A program made the position numbers and the translations under genes. Under the pieces are notes generated by a model, which saw only the letters and a program-made list of their open reading frames with translations, was not told the origin of the DNA and ran no database searches. Positions 9,746 through 19,251 of a DNA stretch of 26,700 nucleotides are shown here, one piece after another (within the stretch, counting starts at the first letter, position 1; the number at the start of each line of letters is the position of its first letter). The stretch is taken from the NCBI GenBank assembly GCA_036311025.1, contig JAXJQT010000231.1, positions 1 to 26,700 on the forward strand, in the 5' to 3' direction. The DNA is from Spirochaetota bacterium (GTDB lineage Bacteria > Spirochaetota > GWE2-31-10).

Positions 9746-10936
9746 TCATTCAAGTGCATCTATAAGCATAGATGCAGAAGCCCACGCCCAATGTAAATTA
9801 TATCCGCCCAGCATTCCGGTCACATCCAATGCTTCACCTATAAAATAAAGTCCCGCACATTTTCGACTTTCCATTGTTTTCGGGAATATATCATCTACAC
9901 AAACGCCGCCTCTGGTTACTTCTGCTTTATCGAATCCGTCCAGTTGAGTTATTGTGATTTTGTATTGATTAAAAAACTTAGCTATTGTTTCAATCTGAGT
10001 ATTTTTTATTTGTGCAATATCCACATCTGTTTGCAAAACATTTGCTTTTTTCAACAAAACTTTCACCAATGCTTTAGGTAAATATTCTGACAAAATATTA
10101 ACAAGAGTTTTTTTACTTCCGCGAGCCTCTTGAAGCAACTTGCCAATATTTATATCCGGTACGAAATTGATTTGTATATCCGTGTCTGCATTTATATAAA
10201 GTGACGTATTCAACCCAAGCGGTCCGCTGAAACCTCTATGCGTAAAAAGAAGTTGGTCTGTAAATGTCTTTTTGCCCACTTGGATTTGTGCCGTAATCGC
10301 TATTCCGCTGAGAGTCGCAAAATCATCGGCTAAATCTTTAGGGTACCGAAGAGCCGCTAAAGCAGGAAGTAAAGGTGTTACTTTCATTCCAAAGTTTTTT
10401 GCAATCTTTGAAGCAATATTAGTTGCTCCCAATTTCGGATATGAAATCCCGCCGCTTGCCACTATCACTTTTTTTGCATGAATATTTCCTTTAGTTGTTT
10501 CTATAAAAAAAATAGGCTCATCGTCAGTTGCCTTTTTTACATCCTCTACACGACAATCCAGCAAAAATGTATGATTTTCACTTTGTCCGTCAGACTGCAA
10601 TGCATTCAATATGTCCCCAGCAGTACTTAGTGTAAAAAGTTTTCCGTTATCGCGTTCCTCGTAAGGGATACCGTGAGTTTCAATTATTTTTAGAATATCG
10701 TCAGTTCCAAATTTCGCCAAAAAGGATTTGATAAAATGAGGATTGGAACAAATAAAATTGTCCGCAGATAAATGCAAATTGGTAAAATTACATTTTCCTC
10801 CGCCGGTTGCCAAAAGTTTCACTCCGAGACTTTTGTTTCCTTCTATTATAATGACATTTTTTTCTTTCAGTCCACGCAATGCGAAAAGCCCACTGGCTCC
10901 GCCTCCGAGTATTGCAAAATCATAAATCTTTTCCAT
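9746..10936 (-). CDS. HI0933/BaiN-family NAD(P)/FAD-dependent oxidoreductase
   Basis: Motifs ILGGGASG, KLLATGGGKCNFTN, ASGGISYPKLGA, LFTHRGFSGP, AEVTRGGV, GEALDVTGMLGGYNLHWAWASA. Start set at ATG 10936 (MEKIYD). Confidence 0.92.
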   Translation of the reverse strand: MEKIYDFAILGGGASGLFALRGLKEKNVIIIEGNKSLGVKLLATGGGKCNFTNLHLSADNFICSNPHFIKSFLAKFGTDDILKIIETHGIPYEERDNGKLFTLSTAGDILNALQSDGQSENHTFLLDCRVEDVKKATDDEPIFFIETTKGNIHAKKVIVASGGISYPKLGATNIASKIAKNFGMKVTPLLPALAALRYPKDLADDFATLSGIAITAQIQVGKKTFTDQLLFTHRGFSGPLGLNTSLYINADTDIQINFVPDINIGKLLQEARGSKKTLVNILSEYLPKALVKVLLKKANVLQTDVDIAQIKNTQIETIAKFFNQYKITITQLDGFDKAEVTRGGVCVDDIFPKTMESRKCAGLYFIGEALDVTGMLGGYNLHWAWASASMLIDALE

Positions 10937-11005
10937 GTCAGTACAATACATTATTAAAATGACTTTGAGAAGTAAGAACACCGATGTATACGAAGTCAAA
11001 AATCG

Positions 11006-11014
11006 TGTTATAAT
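11006..11014 (+). promoter_or_regulatory. Extended -10 promoter for the dGTPase gene
   Basis: Perfect TG-T-TATAAT, 33 nt upstream of ATG 11048, followed by SD AAGGAAG. Confidence 0.6.
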
Positions 11015-11047
11015 AACAATTATTTATATGTACAAAAGGAAGCAATA

Positions 11048-12367
11048 ATGGATTGGGAACTTTTTATAAAAACTGATAATGAAAATATTCATGGCAGAGA
11101 TTTATTTCAACGAGACCATGACCGTTTGATTTTTTCATCATCATTCCGTAGTTTAAACCAAAAGACACAAGTTTTTCCAATGCCGCAAAATTATTTTATT
11201 CACAATCGAATGACACATAGTATAGAAACTTCATGTGTCGGACGCTCATTGGGTGAAAACACTGCTCTTGAAATTTCTAAAATCTACAAACTTCCAAATC
11301 CTTATGAGTTCCAAGTAAAAATCGGACGAATAGTAGAAACAGCCTGCCTTGCTCATGATATCGGTAATCCGCCGTTCGGTCATTCCGGCGAAGCTGCTAT
11401 TTCAAGTTTTTTTGAAACCAATCCTGCGACATTATCTTCTCTGAATGAAAAGCAAAAAGCGGATTTGTTAAATTTTGAAGGAAATGCACAAGGCTTTCGT
11501 ATTCTATCTCGTAAAAACAGTGAGTTAAATGTAACAGCAAATGTTTTAGCCGCATTTACAAAGTATCCACGTGAAAGCCAAGTTATTAATTATAAAGATT
11601 CTTCTTTTTCTGCCAGAAAGGATCAAAAAAAGTTTGGTTTTTTCCAGAGTGAAAAAGATACGTTTATAAATATTGCCGATATTTTTAACTTTCACACTCT
11701 TACATCTGACAATGATATTGCTTTTGCACGTTTTCCTTTGGCATTTTTGGTCGAAGCTGCTGATGATATTTGCTATTCAATAATGGATATAGAAGACGGT
11801 GTACGATTAAAAATTTTGCCATACTCCGTTGCAGAAGAAATACTTTTGACAATTTTAAATAAAGCTTCTCATTCACAAATCATCAATCGTTGTAAAGATT
11901 TGCCGGACGATACACAACGTGTCGGATACCTGCGAGCAAAAGTTATAAATGAACTGACTTGTCAATGCTGCGATTGTTTTATCAAACATTTAGCAGAAAT
12001 TGAAAACGGAACTTTCTCCGATTCTTTGCTGTCTGATATTAACAGTGCAAAAGATGTAGATGCATTAAAAAGTATTGCTCTCGACAATTTGTACAACTAC
12101 CAACCTGTCGCCGAAATCGAAACTGCCGGATTTGAAATCATTCACGGCTTACTCGAAATTATATTGGACTTACAACAATCACCACATACCAGACGCAATA
12201 AACAACGTGCGTTATTGTTTCCGGCACAAATTATAAATCCGGCAACAAACCTTGCACCTTATGAAAAACTACTGGTTGCAACAGATTTTGTTTCCGGACT
12301 TACAGACGGTACGGCAATTAACTTATTTAATAAAATACGCGGTGTTTCATTTCCACGTATTTATTAA
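11048..12367 (+). CDS. dgt: Deoxyguanosinetriphosphate triphosphohydrolase (HD family dNTPase)
   Basis: Motifs RDHDR...KTQVF, HNRMTHS, AHDIGNPPFGHSGE, FEGNAQGFR, EAADDICY, DFVSGLTD. Confidence 0.94.
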   Translation: MDWELFIKTDNENIHGRDLFQRDHDRLIFSSSFRSLNQKTQVFPMPQNYFIHNRMTHSIETSCVGRSLGENTALEISKIYKLPNPYEFQVKIGRIVETACLAHDIGNPPFGHSGEAAISSFFETNPATLSSLNEKQKADLLNFEGNAQGFRILSRKNSELNVTANVLAAFTKYPRESQVINYKDSSFSARKDQKKFGFFQSEKDTFINIADIFNFHTLTSDNDIAFARFPLAFLVEAADDICYSIMDIEDGVRLKILPYSVAEEILLTILNKASHSQIINRCKDLPDDTQRVGYLRAKVINELTCQCCDCFIKHLAEIENGTFSDSLLSDINSAKDVDALKSIALDNLYNYQPVAEIETAGFEIIHGLLEIILDLQQSPHTRRNKQRALLFPAQIINPATNLAPYEKLLVATDFVSGLTDGTAINLFNKIRGVSFPRIY

Positions 12368-12389
12368 AAAAGTAGTTTTTACGTTCTGC

Positions 12390-13430
12390 CTAATTACAAA
12401 AGCTCAATTTATATTTTTGCTCAATTCGTTGATTGTCAGAGTCTATCGCCTTTCTTTTTACTTCATACTCTATTAGTTTTCTGATATTTTCAGCCATTTC
12501 TTCAAAAACTATTTCACCTTCATCATTTATTTCTTCTACTTTCAATAGCTCATAACCTACAGCTGTTTCTATAATGTCAGAGATTTCACCTTTGTTAAGA
12601 TTAAAAATCACACGCTCCAATTTTTCGTCTTGCATACTTGATCTCGTGATAAAATCAGGAAAGAATCCACCGTTTTTTGCACTCACTTTATCTTGTGAGT
12701 ATTTCTTTGCGACTTTTGCAAAATCCGCACCGGCATCAATTTCTTTTTTTGCACGCATTATTTTGTCCAAAGCTTTCTGTTTGTCAAAATCCGGTGCAAA
12801 TCCGACAAAAATATGACGCACTTGTAATGACGGATTGATTCTTGATATAGTAGGATTTGTTTGGTAATAATTCAAAACATCTTCGTCACTTACAGATGCA
12901 TAAGAAATCTTTTCGCTCCTATATTTTTCCACGATTACATTCTTTTTTAAATCTTCAAAAATAAAAGTATAACCCAACGGCGAATCTTTGACATACGTCT
13001 TAAACTGTTCAACATCACCTATGTACGCTTCCACCTGTTTAGTAATTTCTTCATCATCATAGACAAACCCGGAAGCTATAACTTCCCTATAATAAATCTC
13101 TTTTTGAGCTAACGAATATGCCATAAAATAAAATAATTCTTTTATTTGTTCTTTCGATGCCATAGAAAAATCAAGACTGTCTGCAGAAACTTGATAATAT
13201 AAAAACGGCAATACGTATTTATTACTTACTGAAAAATCTACCGTATTTACCAGAGGAATCTCATTGTTAATATCAAACAACGGCGATTTTTTTTCCATAT
13301 TCTTTGCAAAAATAAAAAGATTCCCCGTATAGTTAAAATTATCTGTTGCCAAAAAAGAACTGTACTCTTTATTAGTTGAACACGAAGCCAACGTCACAAC
13401 CAATATTAATAAAAGATATTTAATTTTCAT
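12390..13430 (-). CDS. Parvulin/PpiC-type peptidyl-prolyl isomerase lipoprotein (PrsA/SurA-like)
   Basis: Lipoprotein signal MKIKYLLLILVVTLASC; rotamase motifs VRHIFV, DFAKVAKKYSQD, NGG, GEISDIIETAVGYELLKV. Confidence 0.87.
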   Translation of the reverse strand: MKIKYLLLILVVTLASCSTNKEYSSFLATDNFNYTGNLFIFAKNMEKKSPLFDINNEIPLVNTVDFSVSNKYVLPFLYYQVSADSLDFSMASKEQIKELFYFMAYSLAQKEIYYREVIASGFVYDDEEITKQVEAYIGDVEQFKTYVKDSPLGYTFIFEDLKKNVIVEKYRSEKISYASVSDEDVLNYYQTNPTISRINPSLQVRHIFVGFAPDFDKQKALDKIMRAKKEIDAGADFAKVAKKYSQDKVSAKNGGFFPDFITRSSMQDEKLERVIFNLNKGEISDIIETAVGYELLKVEEINDEGEIVFEEMAENIRKLIEYEVKRKAIDSDNQRIEQKYKLSFCN

Positions 13431-13461
13431 ATTTTCTGTCTCTCCAATTGTTTTTAGTAAG

Positions 13462-13495
13462 AAAAAAAGACCTCAGTTTCTCTCTGAGGTCTTTT
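13462..13495 (-). terminator. Rho-independent terminator after the STAS gene
   Basis: AAAAGACCTCAG-7 nt loop-CTGAGGTCTTTT; gives a U7 tail on the minus strand. Confidence 0.85.
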
Positions 13496-13516
13496 AAAAT
13501 CAACATATTTGATATC

Positions 13517-13903
13517 TTATTGAATCTGGATTTCTATCAATCCCGGTGCTAACATTGACAACATTTTCAAAGATGTTTCCTGCCAAGTAATCTGCGAATT
13601 TGCAATAACTTTAAAGTTGTATTTTTTATCTGCCGGTAACGGTGTTACTTTAGTTATCCATTTTATAAGTGTTTTGATTCCGCTGGAGTTCAAAAATGTT
13701 AATTTTGAAAAATCTAACTCTACATATTTGATTCCATTTTCAATTATATTGTTATGGATTTGTTCAAAAAAAGGAACAAAAATCGGTTCCGGATTCTGAA
13801 CATCAATATCTCCCACAAAATTTACTTTTACTCCATTATCAAGATCTGTAAGCTCTACATTTGCTTTTTCTGTAACGACGTTTTCTAATCCAAACTTATT
13901 CAT
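13517..13903 (-). CDS. STAS-like partner-switch protein (slr1659/SiaC-like anti-anti-sigma type)
   Basis: LDFSKLTFLNSSGIKTL phospho-acceptor loop, G(D)ID and WQ..SL..L C-terminal motif; 128 aa. Confidence 0.75.
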   Translation of the reverse strand: MNKFGLENVVTEKANVELTDLDNGVKVNFVGDIDVQNPEPIFVPFFEQIHNNIIENGIKYVELDFSKLTFLNSSGIKTLIKWITKVTPLPADKKYNFKVIANSQITWQETSLKMLSMLAPGLIEIQIQ

Positions 13904-13917
13904 ACAATTACTCCATT

Positions 13918-14400
13918 CTATTTTAAATCAAAAATTACTGAAACTTTTACCAAGTCATTTTCTGCAGAAAATTTTATTTCCGCATTACTTTCATAACGAA
14001 TTCTCGCTAATCCAAGCTGTGACCCGCCGTCTGTTCTCAACGCAGCTTCTGCCATTTTCATCAAATAAACTTCTTCCGGATTTCCGTTATTTATTCTTTC
14101 AATTTCGTTTTTCAATACTTCCCAATTCACTTGAGTTGAAAAATTCTCAACAGAAAGATAAAGCTTGCCTTCCTCTGGTTTATGTTCTACTGCTACTTTC
14201 GTGCCTTCTTCAGATGCATACTTAACCGCATTTTCTAACAATTCGCTCGCAGCCATTGATATTACATCTGCCTTTTTACAATCGGTTAATGCAATAGCAA
14301 GAAAACTTTGAAGAAACGAACGTACAGCTGCAATATAAGTCCATCGAGGCCCAAAAACGAGTTCGATAAAACCATCTTTAATATTCTTTGATAGTTCCAT
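13918..14400 (-). CDS. HATPase-fold Ser/Thr kinase-like protein (slr1658/SiaB/anti-sigma type)
   Basis: N-box SELLENAVKY and G-box GGSQLGLARI; paired with the STAS gene. Confidence 0.72.
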   Translation of the reverse strand: MELSKNIKDGFIELVFGPRWTYIAAVRSFLQSFLAIALTDCKKADVISMAASELLENAVKYASEEGTKVAVEHKPEEGKLYLSVENFSTQVNWEVLKNEIERINNGNPEEVYLMKMAEAALRTDGGSQLGLARIRYESNAEIKFSAENDLVKVSVIFDLK

Positions 14401-14436
14401 AATTTCTTTCTCTGTTTATTAGTTTTGTTGGTGTAA

Positions 14437-14465
14437 ACGATACAATATTGTTTTAGGTATTGCAA
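14437..14465 (-). promoter_or_regulatory. Putative sigma70 promoter of the kinase/STAS pair
   Basis: Minus strand reads TTGCAA-N17-TATCGT, 36 nt upstream of ATG 14400. Confidence 0.5.
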
Positions 14466-14605
14466 GATTTTTTCTTTTCTTTAACTTTTTTCTTATTTTT
14501 TTTAAAAGAAAATTTCATGGCTTTTTCTTAGTATTCTTCATTAAAGTAAAGTTATAAAATTGTCGACTTTGTTTGATATATTAAACTATAGAAAGGTTTG
14601 GAAAA

Positions 14606-16060
14606 ATGAAAAACATATCTTTACGAATAAGAACAATCATAACAATTACCGTATCTGTATTTATCATTTTTGCTGCAATATTTACCTGCAATGTTTCTTT
14701 GGTACGAAAGCAGTTACAAGAGAGATTTAATGCCGAAATAGAACAATTTAAATCTATGACTACAGGCTGTCTTTATTTACCTATAAAAGAAAACCAAACT
14801 GAAGTCGTATCTGAAATACTTTCCGGATTGCTTCAAAAAAAAGATGCCGTATGTATCGAGATTTACTTAGCAAACTCTCCTAAAGACATATTTTTTGCAA
14901 AACAAAAAATTGATGATGAAATAAAAGAAACAACCATTCCTTTCTCGCCTACATCAAAACATATAACAACACAAATGACTTTGAGACCTATAGACAATAC
15001 CGGAGTCAGTGCCGGATATATAAAATTTTATTTTGATGCCAGCTCTATTTATTCGGCCTCAAAAAGCATTCAGTTCATCAACTGGATTTTGTTTATCTCA
15101 GGTGCATTACTTTTATCAGGATTAATATTCTTCTTTATACAAATAATTTTCCTTTTACCTTTGCGTAAATTGACAATTAACATTGAGAATTTGAGTGTTT
15201 CTCCTATAGATAATCAAGTTTATATGAAAACATTTCAAAATGCTCAGAAAGAATTTTCTATTATTGAAAGTTTTTTAAATCAATACATTCGAAAAGTTGC
15301 AAATATAGTTGAACGCCTTCAAGTTTTTTTCTTACAATTGAAAGACGTTTCAAAAGCCAATTTAGAATTATCTGTTGACTTTGAAGATTCTATCAATGCT
15401 GAAGCAACTGCTATTGAACAAATATCTGCTACTTTAGTCGAATCAAGTGCTTCTATTATGAATATTTCTAATAGCACACATTCAAGTGCTGAAAAACTTT
15501 CTACCAGTGCAGAAAAAGCCAAGTCTAGTTTTACTTTGATTGATAGAATCACAACATCGATAACTAATATTTCAGAACAATCTAAGAAGATTCAAAACTC
15601 ACTTTCGTTGATTTACGATGTTACCAATGAAACCGAAATGCTTGCGATGAACGCATCTATAGAAGCTGCAAAAGCCGGAGAGTTCGGAAAAGGTTTTTCT
15701 GTTGTAGCAAATGAGATTCGTGAACTGGCAGAAAAATCACAAGACTCAGTTTCTGATATTGATGAAAAAATCAAACAAAACAATGAGATAGTCGAAAACA
15801 CCCAAAATGTCATTGCTGACAGTCAAAAAACGTTAAAAGAAATATTGGAAATGACAGTTGTTTCTGACCAATTCTTATCACAAATATCTACAGCTATTAA
15901 CGAAACATCTACTGGACAAGATGAACTTTTAAAAGCTGTTAATAACATTAATAATGCAATGACTAAAATTGTCAGCCTTGTCGGTGAAATGAAGACACGG
16001 GCTACAAAGATTGATGAAATATCATCAAATATGGAAAGTATTTTAAAACAATCTAAATAA
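14606..16060 (+). CDS. Methyl-accepting chemotaxis protein
   Basis: Two TM segments flanking a periplasmic domain, then the signalling tip MLAMNASIEAAKAGEFGKGFSVVANEIRELAEKS. Confidence 0.93.
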   Translation: MKNISLRIRTIITITVSVFIIFAAIFTCNVSLVRKQLQERFNAEIEQFKSMTTGCLYLPIKENQTEVVSEILSGLLQKKDAVCIEIYLANSPKDIFFAKQKIDDEIKETTIPFSPTSKHITTQMTLRPIDNTGVSAGYIKFYFDASSIYSASKSIQFINWILFISGALLLSGLIFFFIQIIFLLPLRKLTINIENLSVSPIDNQVYMKTFQNAQKEFSIIESFLNQYIRKVANIVERLQVFFLQLKDVSKANLELSVDFEDSINAEATAIEQISATLVESSASIMNISNSTHSSAEKLSTSAEKAKSSFTLIDRITTSITNISEQSKKIQNSLSLIYDVTNETEMLAMNASIEAAKAGEFGKGFSVVANEIRELAEKSQDSVSDIDEKIKQNNEIVENTQNVIADSQKTLKEILEMTVVSDQFLSQISTAINETSTGQDELLKAVNNINNAMTKIVSLVGEMKTRATKIDEISSNMESILKQSK

Positions 16061-16070
16061 TAGATTAAGG

Positions 16071-16137
16071 AAATAAAAAAAACTCATAGTTTAAAGAGAA
16101 TTAAAAGAGATTCTCGTTACTATGAGTTTTTTTATTT
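16071..16137. terminator. Bidirectional terminator-like long hairpin
   Basis: AAATAAAAAAAACTCATAGT...ACTATGAGTTTTTTTATTT with inner stem GAGAAT/ATTCTC, between convergent genes. Confidence 0.8.
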
Positions 16138-16160
16138 ATTAATGACTTTTAATATTTTTC

Positions 16161-16583
16161 TTATAAATCAATTTCGATTTCATCAATTTTAAACTTTTCG
16201 ATAATATCCGGACTTAAAATCTCTGCATATCGATAAACTGAATTACTTTGCGTATCTGATAAATAAAGTTTAATCGCATTTGGTTTTTTATTCTTTAAAA
16301 TAACATTCATTTGAGGTGCAACAGAATCAGTTCTCTCTGTAATTCTGAAAGCTTTTTTCTCTCTGAAAAATTTGTTCGGAATATACACAACTTTAACAGA
16401 ATGATCTCTGTCAAAATAATTGACAACAAGACCTTCACTACATTGAAACACTTTTTTTATCATATAGTTGTTTACAGTGTATTTATCTTCTTGTTTTTCT
16501 TCTTCTGACGCTTCTTGCTGTGCAAAAGCTCCTACAGAACACATAATAAATGCTAAAACAAAAAACATTATTTTTCTATACAT
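16161..16583 (-). CDS. Hypothetical secreted protein
   Basis: Strong SD AAGGAGG, Sec signal ending VGAFA|Q, 140 aa. Recalled resemblance to conserved spirochaete hypotheticals is not verified. Confidence 0.8.
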   Translation of the reverse strand: MYRKIMFFVLAFIMCSVGAFAQQEASEEEKQEDKYTVNNYMIKKVFQCSEGLVVNYFDRDHSVKVVYIPNKFFREKKAFRITERTDSVAPQMNVILKNKKPNAIKLYLSDTQSNSVYRYAEILSPDIIEKFKIDEIEIDL

Positions 16584-16806
16584 TAAAATTCCTCCTTAAT
16601 AATCTGCTATAGAAACCTTCCATATATTACCGAAACGCAATAGAAAATCAAGAAAAAAAAGAGAAAATAATTTACTTTGAAAGAACATTAATATATACTC
16701 CGACGGCAAAAAATATAGTTAATTTTAAAGAGTTCGTCAGTTTTTTAACTAATGACACACTTTAATTTTAAACAAACATTTGTATTTTTATGAGAGAAAG
16801 GAGCAA

Positions 16807-17304
16807 ATGTTGGACTTACAAGAATTATCTCTTGCTATAAACGACACTTTTAAAGTACTACCCGCTCCGGGGTTACTTTTATTAGCAGATAACGGAGCTG
16901 AAAAAAACTTGATTACAATCGGATGGTTACAGTTCGGAAATTTATGGGGAAAATGGACTGTAAACGTTTTTGTCCGTCAATCTCGTCATTCTTTCAATAT
17001 TTTAAATAACAGTGAATACTTTTCTTTAAATATTCTTGACCCGCAAAAGTATAACGAGCAAATCGCATTATGTGCCAAGACATCCGGAAGAAATACTGAC
17101 AAAATCAAAGAAAGTGGTTTAACAATCGTAAAAGGCAACAATATTGACACAATAGCTGAAGCTCAAACAACTTTCGAATGTAAAATTATCAACAAAACGA
17201 TTTTAGATAAATCATGTCTTTCACCGGAGTTATTCAATAACTTCTATTCTAATGAAGATTTTCACCAGTTGATTACAGCTGAAATACTAAATTTTAAAAG
17301 ATAA
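16807..17304 (+). CDS. Flavin reductase-like family protein
   Basis: Motifs NLITIGW, VFVRQSRHS, TSGRNTDKI, ECKI, DFH; SD AAGGAG. Start is ATG 16807 or TTG 16810. Confidence 0.85.
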   Translation: MLDLQELSLAINDTFKVLPAPGLLLLADNGAEKNLITIGWLQFGNLWGKWTVNVFVRQSRHSFNILNNSEYFSLNILDPQKYNEQIALCAKTSGRNTDKIKESGLTIVKGNNIDTIAEAQTTFECKIINKTILDKSCLSPELFNNFYSNEDFHQLITAEILNFKR

Positions 17305-17314
17305 GGACTACAAA

Positions 17315-18676
17315 ATGAAAAAAGAATCAGAAGAAATTAACAGTATATTAAAAAACTCATCTCCTACTTTTTATTCTGTATTAAGTGAATTGGGAAAACG
17401 TCTTTATATGCCAAAAGGCATTATTTTCCAAAGTAATCAATCTAAAAAACATGCTAATCATTACAATGCATCTATCGGTATTGCAAAAGAAAATATCGGT
17501 TTCGACGGAAGCACAGATATAAAAGTTGAGAATCTGGCTCCTATGACACTTAATTCAATCGGAAAATATTTTTCCGGTTTAGAACAAAATGAGATTTTCA
17601 ATTATGCTCCGCAACCCGGACTTCCGGCATTACGCGATTATTGGCATGATAAAATTGTAAGTCAAAATCCGTGTCTCAAAAGTAAAGAACAAATAAGTCG
17701 TCCTGTTCTAACCGGAGGACTGACTCACGCAATCAGTCTTGCTGCAGAATTATTTACCGATCCGGGTGATGACCTTTATTTAGCTGATAAATTCTGGGAA
17801 AACTACTCTTTAATTTTTGATGTAAAATATCAAGTAAATCTTGTGCATTATAAATTATATAAAGATGACTATTCCGGTTTTAATCTTGAATCGTTAGAAA
17901 ATACTTTAAAAAAATCAAAAAAAGACAAACTGGTTTTACTTTTCAACTTTCCTAACAATCCAACAGGTTATACTGCTACAGAAGAAGAAATGGACGGAAT
18001 CAGAGATATTTTGGTTCGTATCGCCGAAACCGGAAAAAAAATTGTTGCAATATGTGATGACGCTTACTACGGTTTATTTTATGACAAAAATATTTATCCG
18101 GGCTCACTTTTCTCAAAACTTGCCGGCGTACACGATAACATTGTAGCCGTAAAAATCGACGGAGTATCAAAAGAAGCATACGCTTGGGGATTTAGAGTCG
18201 GCTTTATAACTTTTGCAGACAACTTCCAATCTCCTGACGCTTACGGTGTAATGGAAGAAAAAGCTGTTGCCGGAATAAGATGTTCTGTTTCTTCATGTTC
18301 AAGTATTGCACAAGCGGTATTGAATCATGCAATAAAAGATGAAAACTATACAAAAGAAATAGAACAAAAGTATTCTATACTTGAATCTCGTGTAGCAAAA
18401 GTAAAAGAAATCGTCTACCGTGACGAATATAAGCCTTATTGGGATGTTTATCCTTTTAATTCCGGTTATTTTATGTGTCTTAGAATCAAAGACATTCCCG
18501 GCGAAACTGTACGTAAACATGCACTGTTTCGCTACGGTTTGGGAACAATTGCATTTGACCAAGATTTACGTATCGCATTTTCATGTATTTCTGAAGAAAA
18601 TCTCGAAAAAGTATTCCAGATTATAGCGAAATCTATAGACGACATAAAAAACGGTGATATAGAAACAGGAAATTAA
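17315..18676 (+). CDS. PLP-dependent aminotransferase class I/II
   Basis: Motifs NFPNNPTGY, DDAYYGLFY, DGVSKEAYAWGFRVGF (PLP Lys), LRIAFS; SD AAGGA. Confidence 0.92.
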   Translation: MKKESEEINSILKNSSPTFYSVLSELGKRLYMPKGIIFQSNQSKKHANHYNASIGIAKENIGFDGSTDIKVENLAPMTLNSIGKYFSGLEQNEIFNYAPQPGLPALRDYWHDKIVSQNPCLKSKEQISRPVLTGGLTHAISLAAELFTDPGDDLYLADKFWENYSLIFDVKYQVNLVHYKLYKDDYSGFNLESLENTLKKSKKDKLVLLFNFPNNPTGYTATEEEMDGIRDILVRIAETGKKIVAICDDAYYGLFYDKNIYPGSLFSKLAGVHDNIVAVKIDGVSKEAYAWGFRVGFITFADNFQSPDAYGVMEEKAVAGIRCSVSSCSSIAQAVLNHAIKDENYTKEIEQKYSILESRVAKVKEIVYRDEYKPYWDVYPFNSGYFMCLRIKDIPGETVRKHALFRYGLGTIAFDQDLRIAFSCISEENLEKVFQIIAKSIDDIKNGDIETGN

Positions 18677-18681
18677 TAACC

Positions 18682-19251
18682 ATGAAAGTTGACGTAAGAA
18701 TTAAGAATGAAAATTGGAAACGTGATTTGCAGGAAGCTGCAATGAACACCATTAATAAAAAATGGGATGACGGAAAGGAATTGACCGAAGAATTATTTCG
18801 TAAATATATAATCAGCGAGCATTCCCCTATCCGCGGCATAGAACTGCGAATCACGCTTTATGATATTCCGAGTCCGAACAGCGTGCATTTCGCCCGACAC
18901 GTTCATTCTATTCCTTACGTCACTACACACCGCCCGGACAGAACCGGTCAAGAACGCAGCGTAAACGATACATGTACTCACATGATGGATATTAACATTC
19001 AAGGCTTGATTGATATGGCACGTAAACGATTGTGCATCGGAAAAGTCGACAAAGTGACATACGCTTACATGCTGGAAATCAAAAAAGAACTGATTCGCAA
19101 AGGAAGCTACTACAAAGTAATAGGTGAATGTTTGGTACCGAACTGCATTTATCGAGGCGGTTGTCCGGAGTTTAAAAGTTGCGGTTTTTATGATGAAAGC
19201 CAGATTGTCGCACGATATAAAAACTACAACGAGCCACTTCATATTTCTTAA
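18682..19251 (+). CDS. thyX: Compact FAD-dependent thymidylate synthase ThyX (phage-type)
   Basis: Motifs SEHSPIR, SVHFARH, RPDR, NIQGLIDMARKRLC and C-terminal VPNCIYRGGCPEFKSCG. Confidence 0.8.
   Translation: MKVDVRIKNENWKRDLQEAAMNTINKKWDDGKELTEELFRKYIISEHSPIRGIELRITLYDIPSPNSVHFARHVHSIPYVTTHRPDRTGQERSVNDTCTHMMDINIQGLIDMARKRLCIGKVDKVTYAYMLEIKKELIRKGSYYKVIGECLVPNCIYRGGCPEFKSCGFYDESQIVARYKNYNEPLHIS

Noticed and set aside
14542..14569. Possible sigma28 promoter TAAA-N16-GTCGACTT before the MCP
   Set aside because: Only 4 of 8 matches to GCCGATAA in a very AT-rich region; not supportable.
16695..16745. CTGACGA plus ACTC/GAGT stem on the minus strand (hammerhead-like), and GGCAAA (c-di-GMP-I riboswitch-like)
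   Set aside because: The required GAAA after stem II is missing, and the riboswitch P2/P3 elements are absent.
18793..19242. 149-aa minus-strand ORF
   Set aside because: Fully antisense to thyX, with no recognisable motifs.
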